A DNA stretch of 64,000 nt from the human T2T-CHM13v2.0 reference genome, Homo sapiens. Location: the NCBI RefSeq assembly GCF_009914755.1, contig NC_060937.1; one strand, given 5' to 3'. The notes under the pieces are model-generated. The model was not told where the DNA came from, searched no databases, and was given only the letters and a program-made list of their open reading frames with translations. Position 1 is the stretch's first letter. Each line of letters opens with the position of its first letter. This document shows, one piece after another, positions 13,396 to 29,745 of the stretch. The position numbers and the translations under genes are program-made.

Positions 13396-14334
13396 AGGCT
13401 GTCTGGGCATCTCCATCTCTTTCTGACATCTTAGGGCCTCTCCCTGTGGCCTCCCCATGTGGTTTCTCCACTATGATAGCCTCAGAATAGTCAGACTTCT
13501 TATGCAGCAGCTCAGGGCTCCAAGACTGAATGTCCCAGGAGCCAGGAAATAGAAGCTGCCAGGCTCCAAGGCCTGGACCAGGAGACAGGCTTAGCATCCC
13601 TTCGTGAAATTCTTTTTGTACAGAGCCACAGTACGCACCCAGGTTCAAGGGGAGGGGCTTGCACTCCCACTTCTCCATGGAAGGAGTTTGAAAGAATCTG
13701 TGGTCATTTCTGTTGTACCAAGATGTGATAAGTGAAGTGCATTCAAGGTACCAAGACAGTATGGAGACAGGATAACTCTGGGGATTCAGAGAGACTAATA
13801 GGGTAAAGGAGAAGATTGCCTCTAGGATGAGTTCATTCATGTGAAAAGATCTTGTAAAGTTAAACCATAAAATGTTCCACTGATGCATTATCAATGATGG
13901 CTACAGTAAATATTAAGACAAGCTTTTACAGCTGTTTCCCAATCAATAAGATGTAAGATGTAATAAAACATAGACCTGACCTGCATTCCCATTAAATTCA
14001 TGAAAGACATTCTGTGCTACTGATCTGGCAGTGCCTGCAGCAGGCCCGCCAAACAGAAATATGTGCGTACTTCAGGAACTGAGCAGCCTGTGGGTGATGT
14101 CCAACTAGAGCCTCTCACTCTGAATTCCTCTCTCTGGCAAATCAAGGCCACAGGCCGGCATTGAACACTATATGCCATGTACTGCAAGGTGAACTGTGGT
14201 CATACCAACATAGCCAATTCATTTTCTGTTAATCATAGAGATGCATATGGGCTCAAAGGCCATCTGTCAAGCACAGTTCTTCTTAACAACCACATTGCGA
14301 AAATGTCACTGAATCAAATCAGGCTCTTTAATGT

Positions 14335-14695
<361 letters not shown>

Positions 14696-15294
14696 TAAAT
14701 GGTTGTTGGATGAATACTGATCCTTAGACAAAAAGAAGTCTTTCTGTTCCAATGCGCCTTTCATTAGATACAAAGTTTCTTAAAACTAAAACTAATATAG
14801 AAATATTACCCTGGTCAAAAAATGAAAATTCATTAAGAATAAAAGCTAGAAAAAATCCACTCTGGGTCATGCTTAGCTTTACAATTTACTAGTGAAAGAA
14901 ATTGTTTTAGGATAGCTCTGGTGATTTTAAACCTTTGCCATCCTCACTTGGTTCTGTTAGACCAAATGTTTGTTGCTAAACAGCAACTAAAATCTAGAAA
15001 GAAGCAGCAAGTATCATCTGCACAAACAAAAGGTCCTGGAACAAAGGAAAAGGGACTAATATTCCTATTCTATCTCAGGCATTGTGAACTCACTGGCTAC
15101 TTAAAAATTTTTGTAATCAAAGAAAAGCCCGTAGCTAGTCCATATAACACCTAGTTATATAGTCCATATAATGCTTAGTTTAAATAAATATGGTATTGTC
15201 TCAGCCTAAGGCTATCTCTTAACTTCCTTTTGAAATACTTAAAATCTTTATGTACACATTTTTTTTACCTCTACAAATACTAATTTAAAATGTG

Positions 15295-15632
15295 CGGATG
15301 CTTTTCAAGTTACAATGTGGCTACATCCTGATAAACCCACAGCAAGTTGAAAATGTTAGAAATTGAAAATGCATTTAATACTCCTAAACTATGGAACACC
15401 TTAAATGTGCTCAGAGCATTTACATTAGCCTGAAATTTGGAAAAACCATTTAGCACAGAACCTATTTTATAATAAAGTGTCAAAATCTCATGTAATTTAT
15501 TGATTACTATATGAAAATGAAAAACAGAATGGTCGTATGGGTTCTTGAAGTGCAGTTTCCACTAAGTATGTATCGCTTTGACACCACTGCAAAGTTGAAA
15601 AATAAGTCAAGCCATCGTAAGTCAAGGACTCT
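15295..15632 (+). mobile_element. MER47A (TcMar-Tigger) DNA transposon
   Basis: gatgct..ttacaatg..gataaaccca, gaaaatgcatttaatac, cctattttataataaagtgt, aaaaacagaatggt and ccatcgtaagtc follow the recalled MER47A consensus in order. Confidence 0.8.
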
Positions 15633-15730
15633 CTTACTGTGTGCAGGCATTGTACTAGCAAGGACTATTTTACTGTGTGCAGGCATTGTACTAGCAAGGA
15701 CTATTTTACTGTGTGCAGGCATTGTACTAG
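15623..15730 (+). repeat. Minisatellite, 3 x 36 bp (caaggact[at]tttactgtgtgcaggcattgtactag)
   Basis: Three head-to-tail units at 15623, 15659 and 15695. Units 2 and 3 are identical; unit 1 differs at 2 positions. Confidence 0.95.
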
Positions 15731-15971
15731 GTGCTGAGGAGCCCTCTATAGATGAAGAAATCTTGGTTTCTACCTTCAGGAACTCACCATCTAAGGGGAC
15801 ATGTACACATTTAGATGCGGTGCCAGGCAGAATGAAATCAGAATACAGCAAGTGCTACGGAAATGAGGAATAAAGAGGAACTAACTATACGAAGTGTATG
15901 TGAGAGGAGCGGACAGCAGGACAATCTTCTACCCATTGCTACTGCTTTTTGTTCCTGTCGCCTGATTTCTA

Positions 15972-16315
<344 letters not shown>

Positions 16316-16650
16316 GGATCGAATTAGAATGTGGCTAGGTGAGGTTTTAAAGATGGTTTAAAATTTAACCAAGGAAACCTCACCACTTACCTAAAACCAG
16401 ACTCTTGCCTACAAAAGCAATACCATATTAGGAGAAAGCTGTGGTGGTAGGCACTGTTGTATTGTCTCACTTAATCCATACAACTTCCCTGTGAGTAGTC
16501 ACTTCCCTGTGACTGTGAATTCCATTTCAACCAGCCAAAGCTCAGAGAGGTCTCCTGGTTGTCACACACTTGTCAGAGGTGAAATAGGGACCTAAATCTA
16601 ACTCTCATGTCCTCCAGCACCTGTGCTTCAGCTCAACAGAGTGACTTCTA

Positions 16651-16965
16651 GGCTAGGCACAGTGGCTCACACCTGTAATCCCAGCACTTTGGGAGGCTGA
16701 GGCCAAAGGATTACTTGAGTCCAGGAATTTGAGACCAGCCTGAGCAGTACAGGGAAGCTCCGTCTCTAAAAAAAAAAAAAAAAAAATTAATTAGCTAGGT
16801 GTGGTGGCAGTCCACTGAGTAGCCTGCAGTCCCAGCTACTCAGGAGGTTTAGGTGGGAGGATCGCTTGAGCCCAGGAGTTCAAAGCTGCAGTGAGCCATG
16901 CTCATTCCACTGCATTCAAGCCCAGGCAACAAAGTTGAGATCCTGTCTCAGAAAACAAAAAACAA
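16651..16965 (+). mobile_element. Alu (AluJ-like) with an expanded middle A-tract
   Basis: Forward dimer with J-type ggaggatcgcttgagcccaggagttc. Confidence 0.93.
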
Positions 16966-17229
16966 TGTCCATCTACAAACAGGCCCTGAAAAAGATGCCT
17001 GCAAAATTCTCAGCAATACAACTGCCCAGGGAATGCTATTAAACTCAGTTTTAATGGAGTATCCAATTTTTATTTTTGCATTAAAATGAGATGTATGAAT
17101 ATTTTAAGTATCGCTGACTTTATAAATGCTTATAATAAGTAGACTAATACAATTGCAATACTCACATCAGAAAGATGAGGAATGTCATAAGAACTACTCA
17201 TGTCGCAAGGCATAGTCTCTCCTTGAGGT

Positions 17230-17735
17230 GTGCCAGTTACTGACTTCCAACCTGATCCTTCCCTACATACAAGGCTCTGCCATGCAGGAGCCTGGACTCT
17301 GCAAAGCTGGTGTGTTAGGCTCTGCCAATAGGGGGCAGTAGAGGTAGACTGCAAGCCTGAAGGAGAGAGAGGGGCTGGCTTTCCCTCTGTCCTGCTAGTG
17401 TCTTCTGTAGTCTCAGCCTTCATTCACCCTGGCAGCAGCTGGTACCAGTCTCCAGAGTTTTCTCTGCACTGTCAGAACCAGCCTCACTGTGTCCCCGTGG
17501 GGCACCAGGACCAGCTGCCCTCTGGCATGGCAGAGCCTCTACTTCAAGCTTTTAGATTCCAATGCCCTCAATTTCTTCCTTTGTGCCTCAGCCCTAGGAG
17601 TGTTAACAGCTTCTGCCATTCACTATTTCTATTCATCTCAGCATTGCCGCTTTCTATTTCAGTTCTCCAACATCTGTTTAACCAATTCCTCATACAAATT
17701 TTCTCTGTTAAAATGATTGGTATGACTGTGGCCGT
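17230..17735 (-). mobile_element. LTR33-like (ERVL) solo LTR
   Basis: ggactctgcaaa..tgttaggctctgccaatagggggcagtagagg..actgcaag and ccctaggagtgttaacagcttctg..aaattttctctgttaaaat. Confidence 0.6.
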
Positions 17736-17739
17736 ATCT

Positions 17740-18510
<771 letters not shown>

Positions 18511-18532
18511 ATTCAGTAGAAAATTAAAATAG

Positions 18533-19082
18533 GTCAACATGGGTAGATCACCTGAGGTCAGGAGTTCAAGACCAGCCTGGCCAACATGGCGAAACCCCGT
18601 CTCTACTAAAAATACAAAAATTAGCTGGGTGTGGAGGTGAGTGCCTGTAATCCCATCTACTCTGGAGGCCGAGTTTGCAGTGAACCGAGATTGTGCCATT
18701 GCACTCTATCCTGGGTGCCAGAGCGAGACTCAGCCTCAAAAAAAATAATAAGAAGAAAAATAAAATAAAATAGACCCGGCTCAGTGGTTCATGCCTATAA
18801 TCCCAGCACTCTGAGAGGCCACAGCCAGCTGATTGCTTGAGCCCAGGAGTTCAAGAGCAGCCTAGCCAATGTTGAAAGACTCTGTCTCTACAAAAAATAA
18901 AATAATTAGCCAGGTGTGGTGGTGACCCTGTAGCTACTTAGGAGACTGAGGCAGGAGGATTGCTTGAGCCTGGGAGGTCCAAGCTGCAGTGAGCCATGAT
19001 CGCACCACTACACTCCCGCCTGGGGGAGAGCGAGACCCTATCTCAAAATAAATAAATAGATAATAAATAATTGTAAAATAAA
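18533..19082 (+). mobile_element. Two tandem Alus: truncated/internally deleted AluS (18533-18772) and AluJ-like (18773-19082)
   Basis: Two consecutive forward Alu bodies, each with an A-rich tail. Confidence 0.9.
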
Positions 19083-20409
19083 ATGATTCGGTCTATATTC
19101 CTGACTGAACCTTGATCGCTTCGGAGAGATGCCAAGAGGCAGGCTAGAAAGGCTCACGGGGAGGAGCCAAGCCCAGCAGAGATAGAAGAATGAGATGTCC
19201 TGTGACTACAAAGCAACAGTGCAGAGAAGTAAGACAAGACCACTTAGGGCATTCCAAAGCGTAGTATTGACTCAAGGGACAGAGAAAGTCAACTCTGTAC
19301 AAGTTGCTTAGTCAATCTAAAAATACAATAAATTTAGGCCTTCCTTGGTAAAATACTACTGATTTGTTACTGGAACCAAAATAAGAAAAATATCTTAAAC
19401 TGGTTCTAAGGATCTATATCTATTTGACATATTTTGTGAATATAAATGTATATATTTTTCTATATTGGAAAGATTTAAAATGTCTGGAAAGAAGTTAAAT
19501 TATATGCTTATTACAAAAATCTATTGGATACCACTAGCATGGTGCAATATTATATGCTTCTGTCCCCACACCAATCCCCTTTTAAAGAGAACGCTCCAAG
19601 GTTCAGAGACATAAAGTGCACACCAAAGGCCACAACACAATTGGTAGAACTAGGTTCTAACTCAGGTCCATCCCATTCCAGAGGAGGTTTGATAGAATCA
19701 ACTACAGCTGAGACAAGCAGAGCTGAGCACTGTAAACTCCTCTTTTAAAAATCAGCCAAGAATTGAGAACAGAGTCTTGGATAAGATAGCCTCATATAAT
19801 AAGTTCTTTCTGTTTCAAATTTTCCTATGATCCTTCTGTACACATGTGTATACAGACATGTGGCAATTTTATATACATGTTACGGATGGCAATCAGTCTT
19901 CTCCAGCTGTGAAGTCTGCTGAGTAAATAATGTATTGTGTAACCTATGATTTTTCTAAATGGAAAGACCTACATTTCAAGATGGTTAAAATTAAGATGCA
20001 AGTTGTCATGCTTAAAATTCGTCTTAAGGCTACCATTATCAACTTTTTTTTTACTCTTTCATTATTTCTAATTTAGAAGTTTTAAAAAGCATTAATTTTA
20101 AACTTCTTGTTTTTGATTTGCATCTAGGACCTTCAATTCTCAGTATAAATGGTGAAGATATTATGAAGATTTAACTGGGAACGGCAAAATGACCCTCACA
20201 GCCAAATCTCCATTCAAAGCTGTAATTTTATCTCCAAGTTATTCTGTCATGGTGACGCGGGGTTATAGTTGATATCCAAAAATACCTAACATCTTTGACA
20301 AGAGTAATTGAGTGTTTTCCTAGGGTTTTATTTTTCCATTTTTCACTGATAAATGATTCTATACAGGAAAAAAAAAAAAAGAGAGCAAAGGAGAGAAAAT
20401 GCAAATTAG

Positions 20410-20829
<420 letters not shown>

Positions 20830-20965
20830 TAATCTCTGATAGGCACTTGAATCACAATAACATTAGTGTTTTCAATTAGGAAAACATTTCGGAAGGCAAA
20901 GAAATATTTGATATAGGTATTTTTGAATGAATGGGCTGAATGAAAATAGCTGATCTCCAGCTCTG

Positions 20966-20977
20966 AGACAGACAGAC

Positions 20978-21014
<37 letters not shown>
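20966..21014. repeat. Compound (GACA)n(GA)n microsatellite
   Basis: Directly visible. Confidence 0.95.
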
Positions 21015-21018
<4 letters not shown>

Positions 21019-22154
21019 TGTCCTCAAAGCTTTACCATCTAAGCAAGTAGAATAGAAGGAGGATTAAGGTTGAGTGATGAGGAAGGGTGTTCTCTTTTGT
21101 ATGCATGCTTCATTCCTCATTGCAATATTTCAGCTGCCCCCTTTTAAACATAAAAGATGCACAAAACTTAAGCACAAAAGGTGTGGCTTCCTTAGTGGCC
21201 AGGCCCAGACCCAGACCCAGGTCTTTCCTGTCCCTTCTCTGGCAGGCCGCAGGGAGTCGACATACTTTCTGGTGAGTTTAAAGCCTCGGTACTCCCCATC
21301 CCATGCCTTGAGATTGCTCTGTTTGAGAGCAGTGCCACTGTAAGATCATGCAGCTTCCTCAGAGGGTTTGGTTGTTCTCTTAAGAGGCAAGAGAAATAAG
21401 CAAAATGGGAAGTGACCACATTTTTTAAAATCCTAGAAAGTTCATTGAGCCATTACTGCTGATGCATTATTTACTTAGCAGTAACTCAGTCCAGTAGGGC
21501 TGGCAAGTGCCTGGGATGCTTATTTTCTATCCTGACGACTGACAGGGTCAGTCTGGTCTCTCTGTCTGCCCAGCATCACCTCTCTCCCCAGATTCCCACG
21601 GGCTCCCCCCAACTTCTATGAGTGGAAGTCAGCCCCAGACATGGGTGAAGTGCACACTGCGTATTTTCATGAGACCATTCTGATTGACTGGAGGAAGGCC
21701 AGGCTAAGTGAATGAGAAGTCTCCATTCTGAAATACACTAAAAAGAAACAAACTTACTCCCTTTAAGCATTTAGGAAGCTCAAGCAACTAAAAGCAAGCT
21801 TGCTGTTTATTAATTTCAACTGCTGACCCACTTGAAAAAATCATTGAGAATATGTATGGTAGGGAACTTGCACTTTTAGCAAAAGACCACTGTGAGTTTG
21901 CAGGAAACAGAGACAAAGCCCCTGAGAGAAAAAAGGACTAGTCTTGACCGCTACTACAAGGTAAGGGCCAAACGGAAGAGAATGTGTTATTCTAAACTCT
22001 TCACTATCTCAACTTTTAGCACCATTCAAACTTTCTCTCTGGGATTCAGTCCATTTCTGAACATTTGCCCTGACTGTCATCACCAACTTTGTTCTAACCT
22101 TCATGGTTTCTTCAGGCAAGGCTTCTGAAAGGAACTTAAATCCTCATTTGTCAT

Positions 22155-22288
22155 TTTGGGAGGCCAAGGCAGGAGGATCCCTAGAGCCCAGGAGTTCAAG
22201 ACTGTGGTGAGCTATGATGGTACCACTGCACTCTAGCCTGGGTGACACAATGAGACCCTGTCTCAAACAAAACAAAACAAAACAAAAA
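22155..22288 (+). mobile_element. Alu monomer / truncated AluJ with (AAAAC)n tail
   Basis: Single Alu arm. Confidence 0.85.
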
Positions 22289-23309
22289 TCAGCATTTATA
22301 ACAAAACAAGGAGAAAATATGGGTTACAGAGCTCTTGAAATAAAACTGCAATCTTAAAAGAATGAGCTCAAGGTCAATTTAATAGATGAAATATTTCATT
22401 AGTCAAGCTTATGAGAATGTAATCAGAAATGGAAGGCTACATGAAAGTGCGTGTTGCAGAGGAAATACGCGAAACCAAAACACACTTTTCTTAATGGTAT
22501 TTTTGCCACTTTGGATGTTGATCTTATTGCTAAATCTTAACTTCTCCAGTGGCAGCAGAAATGACAGATGCGTAGTTTTCACGCTCTTCATAGACACAAT
22601 GAGCTAATTTTTTCTTCTTTGCAGTCAGAGTCTGCTTCTCTGTCCTATAAGCAGGAAATGGAATCCCCTAGAACTATCATAAACCGACACTAGAGGTTTA
22701 GATACAGCAGAAAATGTACAGCAGCAAACTATTTTTCTATCTGCAAATGACAGAATTTGGAATATTTCTACAAGGTGCAAATTACCCTTTATAGGTTCTG
22801 ATTTATATTTCATGATAAGGAAGGTGTCCTTAAAACAGGTAGTTGAACATTTTTGCTTTGTCAGCTAAATTTTTCCAGCTCTTACCAAAACTGAAAAGAT
22901 CTGAGGTTGCTTCTAATAATGTTATACTTTTGGAAAACCAAGTAGCAGTCACTAAATGAAAAATTCATTCATTAAGGTGTATTTTTTTTTGCTTTAATCA
23001 TGGTATTTAATTACCACATAGAAGAACTATACAATCTCATGCTAAGAAAAGCAAGCATTTTCCATCCCTGTTTAAAAAAGAGTGCCAAAAATGTCCACAG
23101 AGGTGACTCCTGCATAGGGGAAAGGAGGATTAGATGAGGGACTGACAAACTATAGCCTGCCAGGGAAATCCTGCTCACTGCCTGCTTTTGTACAGCACTG
23201 GAGCTTACAATTACATTTTGAAATGTTTTCGGGAAAAAAACTGAAGATTATTTTGTGACATGTCAAAATCATGCGAAATTTGAATTTCAGTGCATATAAA
23301 GAAGGTTTT

Positions 23310-23628
23310 GGCCAGGCGTGGTGGCTCATGCCTATAATCCCAGCACTTTGGGAGGCGGAGGGGGCGATTCACGAGGTCAGGAGATGGAGACCATCCTAGC
23401 TAACGCGGTGAAACCCCGTCTCTACTAAAAATACAAAAAATTAGCCGGGCGTGGTGGCGGGTGCCTGTGGTCCCAGCTACTCAGGAGGCTGAGTGAGGCA
23501 GGAGAATGAGGAGAATGGCGTGAACCCGGGAGGCGGAGCTTGCAGTGAGCCGAGATCGCACCACTGCACTCCAGCCTGGACGACAGAGTGAGACTCCATC
23601 TCAAAAAAAAAAAAAAAAAAAAAAAAAA
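23310..23628 (+). mobile_element. AluY with small internal duplications
   Basis: Diagnostic ggagaatggcgtgaacccgggaggcggagcttgcagtgagccgagatcgc, CpG-rich body and long pure A tail. Confidence 0.92.
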
Positions 23629-23763
23629 GGTCTTATGAGCATACAGACTTGCTCATTTGTTTATGTGTATCTATGTATGGCTGCTTTTGTGCTGCTACTG
23701 CAGAGGTGAATGGCTGCTAGATACCATATGGCTGGCAAAACCTAAAATATTTACTCTCAGGAT

Positions 23764-24076
23764 CTTTTTTTCTTATTTTTTTGGAGACAGGTTTTCACTC
23801 TGTCACCCAGGCTGGAATGTAGTAGTGAAATCATAGCTCACTGCTGCCTCCAACTCCTGAGCTTGCAAGTGAACCTCATGCCTCAACCTCCCAAATCACT
23901 GATACTACCAAGTACGCCACCACGCCCAGCTAATTTTTATTTATTTTTTCTTTTTTTGTAGAGATGGGGTCTCGCTATGTTGCCCAGGCTTGACTGGAAC
24001 TCCTGGTCTCCAGCGATCTTCCCGCCTTGGCCTCCCAAATTGCTGCCATCACAGGGGTGAGCCACTGAGCCCAGCC
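23764..24076 (-). mobile_element. Alu (AluJ-like)
   Basis: Diverged reverse dimer. Confidence 0.9.
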
Positions 24077-24494
24077 AGACTCTGGATTTTTACTGAAAAA
24101 AAAAGCTTGCCAATCTTTAGGCTGGGTGACATCTGAGATCCCTTTAAATTCCAAAGTTCTAGGAATTCCACTTCCAGAGGTAAGCAGGAATCCACCATCA
24201 AAGACAATACAGGGAACACCCATTAGCCTCATAATATAATGATTCCAAAAGAACTGTTTCTTTTGTGTTGTCAACATGTCAACCTGTAAAATAATACTCA
24301 CTGACTCAGAACATTCACGTAAGTTTCCCAGATATTACTTTGAAAAATAGGCTCTTGGTTCTAGAAAGCAACATTCATAATTTTTAGAAATTTTATTCTA
24401 TTAACAGGGTTGACTAGACCATCTGAAAAATTACCAAGTACAATGAAAATGAAAAAAGAAACCCAACTCCGCTAGGAATTCACATCATAAAATA

Positions 24495-24500
24495 TTTATT
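24495..24500 (-). terminator. SHISA2: SHISA2 polyadenylation signal AATAAA
   Basis: tttatt on the plus strand. On the minus strand it is followed ~30-55 nt later by GU/U-rich gttgggtttcttttttcattttcattgt. Confidence 0.75.
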
Positions 24501-25682
24501 AATAAGTAAAATGATTTTCCCCTGCCTTTGGTTATTAAAAAATGAGTATCATTGATGATACCAATTGCCAACACTGGTTTTACATTATTCAGTCATGAAA
24601 CAGAATAGAAAGATGATCGATAGATATCTATAGACATAAATGTGTAGAAGACCATACCATACAGCGATTTGTTTAATTACAAAATACTGGTTGTGCTAGC
24701 AGTTGGAAATGTACTTGCACATCCTTAAAGTTATCTTTTTTTATATAAGTAAAGAACACACAAATAAATTCACTTGAATTTGATAATTTGGAACATTGGC
24801 AATGAATACAGTGCCTGTTGAGGCCTGAAAGAGAGAGGAAATCAAGAACAGTGTGGGAGAAGAAAGGCAATCCTTCGTTGAAAAGCTTTTCTCTTAACAA
24901 TCCTTAGTGCCTGAAAAATAAGCCATTTTGATAACAAGAGTATAAAAAGCCTTATGATCTGCAAAGTAAATCGTATCTGGTTTAAATTTCATCCCAAGTC
25001 TCAGGTTATGGCTGAGGAGCTATACTAAGTATCTTTGTAACACATTTCTTTGAATTTTTATAACTAAGACAAGAAAATTTTTTTATCAGATCTAGGCAGA
25101 AATACTGATCTTCATTTACAAGTATAGTAATTACTTGCACTCAGGACTATATAGACATGGGGCTCTGAAAACCAAACAGAAGGAAACGCCAAACCATAAC
25201 CACAAGGCAAAATTAAAAGTAACTCAGAGAAGCAGCGGGTGATAGTTTATGATTTCAATATAAAAAAGAATGCATTACCTCTCAGATGTCACCTTAAAGC
25301 CAGAAAATTAAGATACAATCAAGAAGGGGATGAATGGTTTTATGACTATACCACCTACTACTTCAAGATTAAAATCATCCCAGAGTTCTGAAATGTCTTC
25401 ATTAGTTAAGTAACTATACAATTTATTTCAGTCTCTTTTTAATGTAGAAAATCACTTTGTAATAAGATCTCTACATAAGGTAAAAAAGCACAAAATAGGC
25501 CCCCAAAAGCACAAAAATAGACAAAATATATATATCTTTTTACAATGAAATTAAGGTGTGCCTGTGGAATACTGAGACTGATGACTGATCTCACAGAGTT
25601 CAAACAGGTTTCCTTTTAGAATAGTCCTGTTATTTGCGTCTTCCCCTTAACCTTGGATGCATTAGAAAAAAAAAAAGGCTCA

Positions 25683-26077
<395 letters not shown>

Positions 26078-26394
26078 TTAATTTATCAGTTTATAAAATT
26101 CTTTCGTCAACCATATCTCAAGGGCACTTCGGACTCAAGCATTTGTTATACACCCATCAGCAACATCACAGTCATCTCCAGCTGAGGCCGGTTTTCCATC
26201 ATAAATCAATGATACCCTGGATGAAACATATCCAGAAATGCTAATTCGGAGATGTTTTCATACAGTCTGGGGGCAAATGAAGCCATCCAAAGGAATCGTG
26301 CCATAAATACCACCGACATGTGCGGACTTCCACCTCGAGAATCCACCCCTGCCTTCGTCTCCCTTCAGTAAAGGAACCCACCAGTGACTCTCGG

Positions 26395-27063
<669 letters not shown>

Positions 27064-27799
27064 CTACACTGGGCTAATTTGTTCACATATTAGGAGTCCA
27101 TAAGATGCACCATTCTTTATCAAGTGCTTAGAAAGGTCCTAAGACCCTACAGGCATGGCAGGTCAGCCCCTAGAAGCAAACTGTTAATATTTAGTTCAAC
27201 TTGTCAACTGCAAGACTGACTGAGCCAGATATCCGATTTAGCAAAAGTATGGGTTTAACAGGTTAAGACAGTTATGGTTCTAAACTTCCTACCATAATCA
27301 AACTGTCCAAACTTAAGTCTGCCCGACCATATTGTTGTAGGATCTTCATAGTAATAATGACTTCAACTTATTTAAAAGTCTTTTTTCCCCCAGAAAGTTA
27401 TTTAAGTTCCTTGCAAATTTCTTTTTACCATTTTTTAGCAAGTTCTTTTTTCATAAGCAGTTAAGTCAAAAATTTAGGCCAGACTCTAAGTCACTACCAT
27501 TTCCAAAAGGCAGATGTACAAGAGGTAAGGCACAGAAGGGTCAAGGAGGGGTTTAAAAAAGACCCTCTTCACTCTTCCTTAGCAAAAGCCAGGGTCCTTG
27601 GGTGGCATTGGGTCCAGGTGATGGGGTCTGTGTGGAGGTGGAGGGAAGTTATTCCAGGCATTGGGCCATCCTGAAACAATGTCCAAGAGCAAACATCAGG
27701 AGCAACAAGACGTGTTCCAGAAAGAAGAGTCACCCACAGCAAGCCAAGAAGGCAAGAGTACACAGGGAAAGCCCTCAGAGCATAAAGCAACGGCCATCA

Positions 27800-28216
<417 letters not shown>

Positions 28217-29740
28217 TTAAAAAAATCTTTTAGGAGCCATAGAGAGGGCACTACAAGGCTTTAGAAAATAGACGCAGGTTGACAGGGACAGAATCAGATG
28301 GGAGGTGCCTGCAGAATGCCTCTGAGCCACTTTTGTGGAATTCTACCCTATGTTACCAAGAGCCTGCATTTTCTGATGTGTTCTTGCCCCAACCTCCTGG
28401 CTATATTTTTGGGAAATACATAAGCACAGGGGTGGATTGGGTCTTACTGGTCTTGGCAAAGCATAATGCCAGCCCAGAGTCGGATGGGGCAGCATTTTAG
28501 GAAGGAGACCACGCCTTTGAGGTCAGCTCTATGAATACCCTTTCATCATCCATTAGAGCAGCCAGGCTTTCTAATTATGCTCCTTTTCACTGTTCTGGTA
28601 TTGCTGGAGTCAGTGTTTTTAAAGTATAATACCAGGTGGAATTATGGAGAAATAATGCCCTGTAAGTAAAACAATACTTTATAGGTATTTAACCAAAGGC
28701 TGACTGTGGAATATTTCCTGGAGTTTCAATGCTGAACAGAGCAATTTCTATATATAGCGCCCCTTTAGCAGGTAGAAACATTTGCTACAGTGTCTGCAGC
28801 ACAGCTGGCGCCCAGCAGTAGAACTGTCCTAATTACACTATCACTTCAGGCTAACTACGGATCACTGGAGAAGTGGATGCAGGCTTTTTCCTTGGCGTGT
28901 TATAAATATTTCATTCTCTAAATTAAGACACCAGCCCTAAATATGTTATCAAAAAATAAATTAATAGTAGTAAAGCAGGAAAAAAAATGTACCCCAATCA
29001 TAGCAGAAACTAGCTGAAACCAGCCTCAGTCCACATAATGAGTTTTGGGGAGAAATAAGTGTTCTCTTTCCAGGATTTTTAATTGGAAATGTAAATAACT
29101 ACACAGGGATAAGGAATGTAACGCTACTATAAGCCCCCCGGCAGGCTTAATTAGGCATGTTGCCCTTCACTGCAGAAGAAAAGTGAAAGAAATACAATTT
29201 TTAGGAAAAAAACGTTTAAAAGTAGCATGAAGAAGGCATCCATGCACAACACAGGGCGTCATGAGAAGTCTCGTCCTGAGAAGTCCCGACTAATCCAAAG
29301 CCATCCCAACTTTTTGGAGACCATTAATGAGCCCAATCTAGCAGACATCTCACTGTAGCAGTTCGGGGTCTGGCTCCCTTCTCTGGGCTTTCTTCCATGG
29401 CCACACAGTCTGCGAGACTGAGCTTGCGTTTTAAGACTGCGCTGGTTCTGGAATTACGCTCTCTTCAGATTCAAGACAGCAGAACAATAGGAGTAGCATG
29501 CTAATAAAATGCTTGACTGCGAAAGGGAACGGCACTGAAAAGAGCTGTCTCTTACGAGGTCCTGGGAGGCAGCTCTATAAACACAAACTACGCTGTGCCA
29601 AAGCTCAAGCAGCCCGAACCCAGGCTCAGGGTGCTAGCGAAAAGCCTCCCAGGTAAACACAACGGGCCCACAAAGAGGAGGAGCCGCCCCCTCGGGGACA
29701 CGTTTGCCATTTTACCTCTACACCTCCCCTCCCCCGAACT

Positions 29741-29745
<5 letters not shown>

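Larger units (their letters stand above)
12145..13712 (-). mobile_element. Old MLT1 (ERVL-MaLR) LTR split by nested insertions
   Basis: caacaaaccacctcagcacttagtggcttaaaataacaa at ~12162, ctgcaatttgg..ctggggctg at 12968-13058, and gtcagacttcttatg..caggttcaaggggagggg at 13400-13710. Confidence 0.6.
23137..24120 (+). mobile_element. MER58B-like (hAT-Charlie) element split by two Alus
   Basis: aggggactgacaaactatagcctg, aaatttgaatttcagtg, tatggctgcttttgtgctg, aaaacctaaaatatttactct and aaaaagcttgccaa occur in order. Confidence 0.7.

Noticed and set aside
13370-13894. 174-aa minus-strand ORF
   Set aside because: Lies largely in MLT1 LTR sequence, with no domain or splice support.
15623-15730. 36-bp repeats resembling a CRISPR array
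   Set aside because: Units are head-to-tail with no spacers, there are no cas genes, and the DNA is primate.
28755-28772. CTCF-like tagcgcccctttagcagg in the SHISA2 intron
   Set aside because: Only half of the core motif matches.
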